A stretch of 64,000 nucleotides of DNA from an uncultured Holophaga sp. (lineage in GTDB: Bacteria; Acidobacteriota; Holophagae; Holophagales; Holophagaceae). Positions 37,058-45,207 of this stretch are shown here, piece after piece. The notes beneath the pieces are model-generated. The model had not been told where the DNA came from. It saw only the letters and a list, made by a program, of their open reading frames with translations, and did no database searches. Each line of letters begins with the position of its first letter. Within the stretch, counting starts at the first letter, position 1. Both the position numbers and the translations under genes were made by a program. Location of the stretch: contig OY761614.1 of NCBI GenBank assembly GCA_963664825.1, forward strand, positions 416,001 to 480,000, in the 5' to 3' direction.

Positions 37058-38572
37058 TTAGGGCAGGCGCTGGACGGGCAGCGTCCCGTCCGGCAGCTTC
37101 AGGGCGCGGTATTCGGGATAGCTGTAGAGGCCATAGAGCAGACAGGGTTCGAGCACCTGGATGGCCCGGCGGGCCAGGGGCTGATCCAGGGCGACGATCA
37201 GGGTGCCGACGGGCAGCTCGCGCTCCGCGGCCGCGTCCCGGGCCACGATCTGGCGGTTCTCGTAGCGCTGGTAGAGCTCGTCGTAGGGCTCCTCCAGCCG
37301 CACCAGGCGACAGCGCTCGGTCTTCAGCGTCTCAGGAGCCTTGAGCTCCCGGTAGCGCAATCCGTGGTGCTCGAGCAGGGGCAGGAAGGCCTTGGCCACC
37401 CGGGCCTCGATCACGTAGGCCCTTGGCGTGGGCACGCTGTACTTCACCACCAGGTCCAGCATGAGATTGGCCGTGGGGATCTCCAGCACCTGGTTGGAGG
37501 CGGGATGGGACATCTTCACGACGCCCACCTTGCCGCCCACATTGGCCCAGAAGGTGTTGGTGGCGATGAAGGGCGGCAGGGGCTCCCGCCGGGCCGCTTC
37601 GGAGAGCTCCAGGATGCGGGCTCGGGATTCAGGGCTGCCCAGGAGATGATTGAAGAGCCCCAGGTAGGCGTCCACCCGCTCCCCCAGATCCTCCTGGGGA
37701 TTGGCGGCGCTGCGCCGCACACCGGCTTCGATGATGAAGGAGAGGGCGCCGTGGCTGCCCAGGCTATTGCGGGCATCGTCGACTTCGGGGGCGGAGGGGC
37801 GGAGTTCTTCTTCCGGCGCGGGACCCCCCACCAGGTAGCGCGCGTAGCGGTGTCCAGCCTTTTCCATCACGGGGCTGGCCGTTTCCACCAGATGAAGGGC
37901 GGTCTCCTTGAGGTTTGATGGGATCAGCGGGTGATTGCAGCCGTCCATGGTGATCAGGGGCCAGCGTTCCCAGGCCCGGCGCACATGATCGGCGCCCACC
38001 CGCACATAGTCCTCGGCATCCCGGGTGAATTCGTGACAGTCCGTGGCCAAGTGGGGCATCACCCTCCGCACGACCCGGTAGAAGGCTTGGGTCTCGGGCT
38101 GGGCCAGCAAGAGATGGTCCCGGTTCAGATCGGCCTTGGCATCGGTGACGCGCCGATTGGCCACGGCCCCATCGGGATTGACCATGGGCATGAGAAAGAG
38201 ATCCACATCCTCGGGCAGGCGCTCGGGATGCTCGGCGATGGCGCGTATCAGATAGAGCTGGGCGTCCTTGCCCGAGACCTCGTTGCCGTGCTGCTGGGCA
38301 TAGAAGAAGACCCTGAAGCGCGCCTTGGCCCCCCCGCGATTCAGGTGCACGAGGAAGAGGGGCCTCCCGCCGGCGCTGCGGCCCACCTCGCTGACCTCGA
38401 TGAGGCCGGGCTTGTGGAGGGTTTGCAGGAAGGCCTTCATATCCTCGAAGGAGAGGGTGGCCTTCAGATGTTTTGGATCGGCGGGGAAGCGGGATTCCGG
38501 GATCCCCGCCAGGAGGGCGCAGCCGCAGAACAGGGCGGCCAGGGCGCGCTGCCAGATCTGCCCGCCCCTCAC
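37058..38572 (-). CDS. Secreted M14 zinc carboxypeptidase
   Basis: Signal peptide; QHGNE (HxxE), NPDG, DLNRDH, DCHE; GTG start overlaps the cyanophycinase stop. Confidence 0.88.
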   Translation of the reverse strand: MRGGQIWQRALAALFCGCALLAGIPESRFPADPKHLKATLSFEDMKAFLQTLHKPGLIEVSEVGRSAGGRPLFLVHLNRGGAKARFRVFFYAQQHGNEVSGKDAQLYLIRAIAEHPERLPEDVDLFLMPMVNPDGAVANRRVTDAKADLNRDHLLLAQPETQAFYRVVRRVMPHLATDCHEFTRDAEDYVRVGADHVRRAWERWPLITMDGCNHPLIPSNLKETALHLVETASPVMEKAGHRYARYLVGGPAPEEELRPSAPEVDDARNSLGSHGALSFIIEAGVRRSAANPQEDLGERVDAYLGLFNHLLGSPESRARILELSEAARREPLPPFIATNTFWANVGGKVGVVKMSHPASNQVLEIPTANLMLDLVVKYSVPTPRAYVIEARVAKAFLPLLEHHGLRYRELKAPETLKTERCRLVRLEEPYDELYQRYENRQIVARDAAAERELPVGTLIVALDQPLARRAIQVLEPCLLYGLYSYPEYRALKLPDGTLPVQRLP

Positions 38573-39399
38573 GGACGGAGCTTCCGGGCGGTCAAGTCGA
38601 GGCTCTGGCCCCGGCGCAGGAGATGGATCTTCATATTCCGGAAGCCGTCCACCTTGTCCAATTTCAGGGCGCTGGGGTCGAAGACCATCACGCCGTGTTC
38701 TCCCAGCACCTTCGCCTTGCCGCCCTTCACCACCAGGGCCGTGGCCTCATCGATGCCGAGGCCCAGGTGATCCGTGTGCTCCATCATCACGCTGAAGAGC
38801 CGGTTCTGGCGGTTGCGGCGCAGGAAGTGCTGGTCCACGATGCAGAAACTGGGCAGGAAACCCATGCCTTCGCGGGTGCCGTAGGCGCCCTTGCCGAGTT
38901 CTTCCAGGGCCTCCTTGCCGTGGCGATCATCGCCGGTGAGCATGATCTTGGACATGATGGCCGCCCCGGCGCTGGTGCCGCCGATGCCGGCACCCTCGGC
39001 GTAGCGAGTCAGGATCAGCTTCTGCAGGGGCGTGCCCACGATCTTATCCCCCACGCGGTTCTGGTCCCCTCCCGAGAACCAGAACCCTGTGCACGTTTTG
39101 GCCGCGTCCAGGATGGCCTGGGAGGAGGCATCCTCCCGCTTGCGCACATCCAGCGGCACCATGGTGAGACCGGCCTTATCCAGATCCTCCTTCCACTCCT
39201 TGAGGGCCCCATCGGGATCCTCGGTGGAAGTGGGCACGATGCCCACGCGCCCGCCCTTGCCGCCACTGGCCGCCAGGAAGGCGTCCAGGATCTCCTGGGG
39301 CATGCCCCCTCCCCCGACGATGACGAGCGTGCCCTTGGGGGCGGGAGCGGCCGTGAGGAGCGCGGCGGAACACAGAGCTATAGCGAGACGCTTGAGCAT
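38569..39399 (-). CDS. Secreted cyanophycinase (S51 serine peptidase, CphB/CphE-like)
   Basis: Signal peptide; LVIVGGG, FSGGDQ, GGTSAGA (Ser), DQHF (His), RNRQNR, GIDE (Glu). Confidence 0.9.
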   Translation of the reverse strand: MLKRLAIALCSAALLTAAPAPKGTLVIVGGGGMPQEILDAFLAASGGKGGRVGIVPTSTEDPDGALKEWKEDLDKAGLTMVPLDVRKREDASSQAILDAAKTCTGFWFSGGDQNRVGDKIVGTPLQKLILTRYAEGAGIGGTSAGAAIMSKIMLTGDDRHGKEALEELGKGAYGTREGMGFLPSFCIVDQHFLRRNRQNRLFSVMMEHTDHLGLGIDEATALVVKGGKAKVLGEHGVMVFDPSALKLDKVDGFRNMKIHLLRRGQSLDLTARKLRP

Positions 39400-39432
39400 C
39401 GGAGGACCTTCAGGAATGAAACCGGATTGGGA

Positions 39433-42189
39433 TCAGAAGTTGATGCGGAAGCCCAGGCGCACGCGGCGACCACTCTCCACGCTGGAGGGGAGCATGTAAC
39501 TATCCACATCGGCGCGTTCCTTCCAGGCTAGCGCGGCGCCGATATTGAATACATTGAAGACCTCTACGAAGGCTTCCGCATTGATCTTCTGGGTGAGGGG
39601 CACGATCTGGGTCAGGCGCAGATCAAGGAGACTCTCGCTGGGATAAGTGCGGGAGCCTCGGGGCTCGACGTTGATGTAATAGCGGGTGCCATTGATCCGG
39701 CTGGTCCGAACGTAGGGGGTCCAGTGCTCGCCGCTCAGGTAGGTGAAGGTGCCCGAAACGCGCATCTTCCAGGGGAATTCATAGAGGCCGTGGATCTTGA
39801 CCTCGTCATCATCGAAGCCCGGCAGCAGTCCATTTGAATTGGTGAGGTTATTGGGATTCTCGAAGAGTGTATCGTAGCCGTTGCTCTTGAAGGTGTTGCC
39901 GTAGCGCCGCGCCCGCGTGTAGCTGGCGTTCAGGCTCCAGTTGTCCTGGAAGGACCTGGACACGGCCAGTGTGGCGGACCAGAAGGCGCGCTTGGCCTCG
40001 GGGATATTGGTCACGACCCACTGATGCGCGTCTGAAGCGACCGAGGAGTACCAGACCGGCACGCTCACGGTGCCCGCCTGACCGCTGCGGTAGTCGTCGA
40101 AGTCTTCCACGACCGAGGATCCGCTATCCGCGGCCACATCCTTGCGCAGCAGATTGTCCTTGTTCACGCGATAGAGATAGGTGGCGGAAGCCGTCCAGGG
40201 GCCCTTGAACTTGTGCTCCAGGGAAAGGGTCGTCTCGTCCATGTACGGCTGCTTGGCATCGGGATCCGTGACGGAATAGCTGGAAACGGTCGCCTGATGC
40301 ACCCAGGTCGCAGGGTCGCCGGGCATGGGCCAGGAGGCGTAGTTGCGGGGATCGATCTGGACGCTGGAATAGCCATTGGCCGGGTCGCCCCACTTGTACT
40401 GCACTTCCGCCGGAGCCATTTCCGGGTACTGACGATCGATGTAGGAAGCGCTGAAGGCGGAGTAGAAGCGACCCCAATGGAACTTCAGGAGATTCCTCTG
40501 ATCGGCCGTGAGGGCGTAGGTCACGCCGAAACGGGGCGCCACGGTCTTGGTGTTCCAGAGGGTGGAATGGCCGAAAGCATTGGCCTTCTGCTGTTCGAGG
40601 CGGATCCCCGGGCGCAGGGTGAGGCGGTCGTTGATGGTCCAGGTGTCCTGGACGAAGGCGCTCGTGCGGTTGGCGTGCTCCTTGATGTCGTAGCCGCCCC
40701 CCGTCCAGAAGTAATCGGTCATCACGATATCGTTGCCGTTGGCATCCGTATCCAGCGTTCCCATGAGACCGATGCCACCGGGATTGCGCTGCAGTTCCTT
40801 GTCCGTCACCCATTCCTGCTCGATGCCCATGCGAAAGGCGTGATTGTCCCCGGGCACGATGAGGCTGGTCTTGAAGAAATCGAAGGTGGCGGAAACGGAG
40901 GAACGGGCCCGGTAGTTGTAGTTCACGGGCAGGGCGTTGTGATAGTATTCCACGCCCTTGTAGTTGTCGGAGGCGTCCAGGCCGTATTGCTCGCCGTTGT
41001 AGCCCGGCTCGTCATAGTGGCCCGAGTATCCGAAGGCCTTGAGGGTCAGGACCTTATCGGAGCCGATGGATTGGGTCCAGGTGAGGCCGTAGGAGTGATT
41101 GGGCGCCGTCTCCTTGTTGGTGGCCTCCGGATCGATGTAGCTCTTGATGCCCCGCCGGTCATGGGAGGTGTAGTCGTACTCGAAGACGCCCTCCAGGGTC
41201 GCGCTGGGGATCACCTGCCAGGTGAGCTTGGTGAGGGCCAGGAGCTCACTCCGACGGGAGGAGATGGCCGCACCGATGGGCGTTTCCTCGCTTTCCTTGC
41301 GCTCCACGGAGGCGAAGTACCAGAGCTTGTCCTTGAGGATGGGACCGCCGATGTTCAGGGCCATGTCCCAGTTCTTGGCGGGGGCCAGCTGCCGATCCTC
41401 CGAGGTGAACCTGGAATCCTTGTTCGAGGAGAGGGCCTCCCACTTGTTGTCCGCGTAGTAGCCGCTGAAGCTGCCCGTGGTCTCGTTGCCACCCCGCTTG
41501 AGGATGCCGTTGACGAAGCCGCCATTGAAGTTGCCGAATTCCGCCGGGGCGCCGATGCCGCCCACCTGGATCTCGCTGAACCAGTCCGGATTGGGTTCGA
41601 TCCACCTCGAATTGCTCTGGGGATCGCTGATATTGATGCCATCCATCATGTAGGCGTTGTCCCGGGAATCGCCGCCCCAGGCCCTTGTGCTATTGACGCC
41701 CGGCGTGAGGTTCATGATGCCGCTGAGGGTGCGCTCCGTGGGCAGTGTAGCCAATTCGGTCGTGTTGTAGTTGGCGGTCACGCCCACGGGGGTGGCATCC
41801 ATGTTGGCCGCGGATTCCACCACCTCCACCACCGCGCTGGCGGCGGCGGCGAACTTCCAGTTCACCGTCGAGGTGCGGCCCAGTTCCAGGAGCTCCGAAC
41901 CGGAGAGGGAGGTCAGGCCAGGGGTCTCCACGACAATGCGGAAGCGCCCGGGAGGCAGCATGGGGAAGCGGTAGGTGCCATTTTCCGCCGTCCTCATCAC
42001 CTTTTCGCCTCCGATCATCGCAGACGACGAGATGCGCACGGTGGCGCCCGGAAGGGGCTTCCCCTTGGCGTCCCTCACCAGGCCCGTCAGGGCAGACGTG
42101 GTGCTGCTCTGCGCGAGCAGGGCGGCAGGCGTCGCCACAAGCGCGAGCATGAGCGCGCTGAATCCAGTGAAGCTTTTGCCTCGAGCCAT
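39433..42189 (-). CDS. TonB-dependent receptor (Oar-like, with N-terminal carboxypeptidase-regulatory-like domain)
   Basis: Signal peptide; GLVRD...LPGATV; plug motif GAPAEFG...GGFVN...KRGGN; GGPILKDKLWYF; terminal Phe (GFRINF). Confidence 0.92.
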   Translation of the reverse strand: MARGKSFTGFSALMLALVATPAALLAQSSTTSALTGLVRDAKGKPLPGATVRISSSAMIGGEKVMRTAENGTYRFPMLPPGRFRIVVETPGLTSLSGSELLELGRTSTVNWKFAAAASAVVEVVESAANMDATPVGVTANYNTTELATLPTERTLSGIMNLTPGVNSTRAWGGDSRDNAYMMDGINISDPQSNSRWIEPNPDWFSEIQVGGIGAPAEFGNFNGGFVNGILKRGGNETTGSFSGYYADNKWEALSSNKDSRFTSEDRQLAPAKNWDMALNIGGPILKDKLWYFASVERKESEETPIGAAISSRRSELLALTKLTWQVIPSATLEGVFEYDYTSHDRRGIKSYIDPEATNKETAPNHSYGLTWTQSIGSDKVLTLKAFGYSGHYDEPGYNGEQYGLDASDNYKGVEYYHNALPVNYNYRARSSVSATFDFFKTSLIVPGDNHAFRMGIEQEWVTDKELQRNPGGIGLMGTLDTDANGNDIVMTDYFWTGGGYDIKEHANRTSAFVQDTWTINDRLTLRPGIRLEQQKANAFGHSTLWNTKTVAPRFGVTYALTADQRNLLKFHWGRFYSAFSASYIDRQYPEMAPAEVQYKWGDPANGYSSVQIDPRNYASWPMPGDPATWVHQATVSSYSVTDPDAKQPYMDETTLSLEHKFKGPWTASATYLYRVNKDNLLRKDVAADSGSSVVEDFDDYRSGQAGTVSVPVWYSSVASDAHQWVVTNIPEAKRAFWSATLAVSRSFQDNWSLNASYTRARRYGNTFKSNGYDTLFENPNNLTNSNGLLPGFDDDEVKIHGLYEFPWKMRVSGTFTYLSGEHWTPYVRTSRINGTRYYINVEPRGSRTYPSESLLDLRLTQIVPLTQKINAEAFVEVFNVFNIGAALAWKERADVDSYMLPSSVESGRRVRLGFRINF

Positions 42190-42210
42190 GAGCCCTCCCA
42201 GGGGGTCGGT

Positions 42211-42248
42211 TTGACCAAAAAACTATGCTCCAACCGTCACCTGGTCAA
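42211..42248 (-). promoter_or_regulatory. Putative sigma70 promoter of the TonB-receptor operon flanked by an inverted repeat
   Basis: Minus strand TTGACC (42248-43), 17 nt, TAGTTT (42225-20). TTGACCA (42211-17) and TGGTCAA (42242-48) form an inverted repeat; A-tract upstream. Confidence 0.55.
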
Positions 42249-42477
42249 GTTTTTTTTCATCCTGCCTCAAATGGATACACTGCGACAAGTTCGCAACAAC
42301 TTCGAGTCCCCCGGCCCCATTCGCTTTTATCCACCATGCTTGATTTCCGGTGGCTTTCCGGCCAGCCCTACTGGGTCGCGATTCCCACGCTTGGGGAGGA
42401 ATGAAAAAATACTGGGACCCGAAGCCCGCGACGCAAGCCACCCGGCGCGACGGACCTTCCGGCCACAGGAAGCGGTA

Positions 42478-43320
42478 TCAGTTCTTGGCGAACTTGGGCC
42501 GGGCCACCCGTTCCACTTCGTGGAGCTTCTTCAGGGAACTCTGGGGATCCTCCCGGGCCAGGGAGGTGGCCAAGCCGTGGGCCAGCACGCCGAAGGCCGC
42601 CAGGCTATGGGAGAAGAGCAGGTTCTTCCCGGGAATGGGGAGCGTGACATTGGCGATCTTGGCCAGGGGGGAATGGGGGCCATCCGTGAAGGCCAGCACC
42701 GGGATCCCCCGCTTGCGCGCGTAGGCCGCCGCATCCAGCGTCTCCCGGGTGTAGGGGGTGATGCTGATGGCGATGAGCAGATCCTTTGCACCCAGATTGC
42801 CCACCTGGCTGGCGAAATCCGCGGGACAGCCCTCCAGGGTGGGCAGCCCGGTGTTGATGAGGAGGTAGGCCAGCTGGCGGGTCATCAGCGCGGAAACGCC
42901 ATCCCCGATGGCCAGGCGGAACCGGCTCGCCTTGAGCAGCCGCGTGGCGCTCTGGAGGAGCTGCTCGTCCACGGCCTGCACCAGCAGTTCGATGTTGCGG
43001 ATATCCCGTCGGGCCACTTCCACCAGGGTCGCCGCCGCCTGGGCGGGCGCCTCCAGGAGCTGATCGCCGCGCTGGTAGTGGGTCTTGGCCGAATTGACGA
43101 GGGCCTTGCGCATCTCCAGGTAGCCCGAATAGCCCAGTTTCTTGGCGAAGCGCACCACGGTGGCCACGCAGGTATGGGATTCCTGGGAGAGTTCCTCCAC
43201 CCCCCAGAGGGCCGCTTCGTTCATGTTGGCCCGCAGGCAATCCGAGATGCGGCGCTGGCTGGCCGAAAGTTCCTTGGCGCCGTTCAATCGAGACAAGAGG
43301 GCAGGCTTCGAAATCGACAT
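42478..43320 (-). CDS. RpiR/MurR-family transcriptional regulator (HTH + SIS)
   Basis: LSASQRRI, ATVVRFAKKLGYSGY, SIS domain (IAISITPY, FTDGPHSPLA). Confidence 0.92.
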   Translation of the reverse strand: MSISKPALLSRLNGAKELSASQRRISDCLRANMNEAALWGVEELSQESHTCVATVVRFAKKLGYSGYLEMRKALVNSAKTHYQRGDQLLEAPAQAAATLVEVARRDIRNIELLVQAVDEQLLQSATRLLKASRFRLAIGDGVSALMTRQLAYLLINTGLPTLEGCPADFASQVGNLGAKDLLIAISITPYTRETLDAAAYARKRGIPVLAFTDGPHSPLAKIANVTLPIPGKNLLFSHSLAAFGVLAHGLATSLAREDPQSSLKKLHEVERVARPKFAKN

Positions 43321-43384
43321 GGTTCCAGAGTAGCTCCATCCCAGGCGGCGGGACGGGGAACCCGCGGGGCCTCTTCCGACTTCC

Positions 43385-44290
43385 CTACTTCACGCTGAGG
43401 GCCGCCAACGCGATGGAGTAGAGCTTGGTCCGGGCCGAATCGCCCCGGCTGGAGAGCACGCAGGGGGCGTTGGCGCCCACCACCATGGCCGCCAGTTCGC
43501 AGCCCGCCAGCTTGGTGTTGGTCTTGTAGAAGACATTGCCCGCGTCGATATTGGCAAACATGAGGCAATCCGCATCCCCGGCCACGTTGCCCCGGACCCC
43601 CTTGGCCTTGGCGCTCTCGGGGTCGATGGACACGTCGAGGGCCATGGGCCCATCCACGAAGGCGCCCTTGATCTGGCCGCGCTCGGCCATCTTGCTGATG
43701 ACGGCCGCATGCACGGTGGCTTCGATGCCTTCGCTCACCTGCTCGGTGGCGCACACCAGCGCCACCTTGGGCTTCTCGATGCCCAGGGTGTGGGCCACGC
43801 CGATGAGGTAGTTGGTGATGGCCGTCTTCTGTTTGAGATCCGGATAGGGCAGCACCGCCACGTCCCCGCAGATGATCAGTTTGGGATAGCGGGCATTCTC
43901 GATGACCGTGACGTGGCTGAGCACGGCGCCGGGTTTCAGGAGGCCCTTTTCCTTGTTGAGGATGGCGCGCATGTATTTATCGGTGCTGAGGAGGCCCTTC
44001 ATGAGGATCTGCCCGTGCCCAGAGCGCACCAGCCCCACGGCCCGCGCCCCCGCAGCCGTATCTGTGGCCTCGTGGATGATCTCGAAGGCCGAGGCGTCGA
44101 TCCCCAGTTCGGCGCAGACCTTGTGGATCTGGGCCTCGTCACCCACCAGCGTGGCATCGATGATGCCCTGCTCCCGGGCCGCATTGACCGCCTCGAGGGT
44201 ATGGGCATCCACGGCCCAGGCCGCCACGAGCCGTTTCCTGTCCTTGGACTTCACGGCCTCAAGGATTTGGTCGAGCTTGGTGATCGGCAT
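43385..44290 (-). CDS. ptb: Phosphate butyryl/acetyltransferase
   Basis: LMKGLLST, LSHV, GDVA, DGPMALD, GDADCL, AGNVFYK, SSRGDS. Confidence 0.88.
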   Translation of the reverse strand: MPITKLDQILEAVKSKDRKRLVAAWAVDAHTLEAVNAAREQGIIDATLVGDEAQIHKVCAELGIDASAFEIIHEATDTAAGARAVGLVRSGHGQILMKGLLSTDKYMRAILNKEKGLLKPGAVLSHVTVIENARYPKLIICGDVAVLPYPDLKQKTAITNYLIGVAHTLGIEKPKVALVCATEQVSEGIEATVHAAVISKMAERGQIKGAFVDGPMALDVSIDPESAKAKGVRGNVAGDADCLMFANIDAGNVFYKTNTKLAGCELAAMVVGANAPCVLSSRGDSARTKLYSIALAALSVK

Positions 44291-44379
44291 GGAATCTCCC
44301 AAAAATGAATGCGCTCAACTGCTGAGAATACCACTCCCACCGTGGCTCCCAGGGCCATCCGAGGCCCGTCCAGGGGTCA

Positions 44380-44395
44380 TGTGATGCAAGTCATG
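44380..44395. promoter_or_regulatory. Possible Crp/Fnr-type site in the ptb/SDR divergent region
   Basis: TGTGA-N6-TCATG versus consensus TGTGA-N6-TCACA. Confidence 0.3.
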
Positions 44396-44455
44396 CCCCC
44401 ACCCCTGGCATGGCCATCACGACCATTCGCTTAGACAATGAAAGCAGGAGACTCC

Positions 44456-45031
44456 ATGCCCCATCCCCTCGCCCTGGTCATCGGAGTCGGCCCCGGAATC
44501 GGTCTGGCCGTGGCCCGCCGCTTCGCCCAGGGTGGCTTCCGGGTGGCCCTGGTGGCCCAGCAGGAGGAGCGCCTCGAAGCCTTCAAGGCGGCCGTGGGCG
44601 GAACGGAGGTCCACGCCTTCGCGGCCGATGTGCGGGATGCCCAGGCTTTGGGGCGGGCCCTCGATCGAGTGAGGGAGGCCGCTGGCGAGCCCCATGTGCT
44701 CATCTACAACGCCTCCCTGGGACCTGCCGCCCCCGCCAGCCAACTCCCTTCCGAGGACCTGGCCGAGGCCTTCCGAGTCAATGTGCTCGGGGCCCTGGAG
44801 AGCGCCCGCAGAGTCATCCCCGCCCTGCGCGCCGCCGGGAAAGGCAGCCTTTTATTCACGGGCGGTGGGCTGGCGCTGGCGCCCCAGGCCCGGGAAGCCA
44901 GCCTCTCCATCGGCAAGGCGGGCCTGCGGGCCCTCGCCCTCTGCCTGGCGGAAGAACTCGAACCCGAAGGCATCCATGTCGCCACCGTCACCGTCGCCGG
45001 ATTCGTCAACGGGGTACGAGCCATCGCGTAG
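44456..45031 (+). CDS. Short-chain dehydrogenase/reductase, probably C-terminally truncated
   Basis: AGGAG RBS; GVGPGIG, LIYNA, LLFTGG, SIGKAGLR, GIHVATVTV. The ORF stops 11 residues later, at the composition shift before cas3. Confidence 0.8.
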   Translation: MPHPLALVIGVGPGIGLAVARRFAQGGFRVALVAQQEERLEAFKAAVGGTEVHAFAADVRDAQALGRALDRVREAAGEPHVLIYNASLGPAAPASQLPSEDLAEAFRVNVLGALESARRVIPALRAAGKGSLLFTGGGLALAPQAREASLSIGKAGLRALALCLAEELEPEGIHVATVTVAGFVNGVRAIA

Positions 45032-45207
45032 CCATACCGAAAAGCCTTCTTCAACTTTGATGAACGCAGATTAGGCCTGCGCAGAAGGAATGAGGGCAGG
45101 GGCGGAAGGGGTAAATTCCAGATCCTTATCTTTGAAAAACGAGTTGTCAGCCACTATCGAATGAGGTGTGCTAGGATGAATTCATAATTTCCCAAAGCCG
45201 AATATTC

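Noticed and set aside
45032..45207. Possible CreTA/CreR-like mini-array or regulatory crRNA upstream of cas3
   Set aside because: No degenerate repeat copy is visible; only a possible extended -10 (TGCTAGGAT) and a short ATGAATTCAT palindrome.
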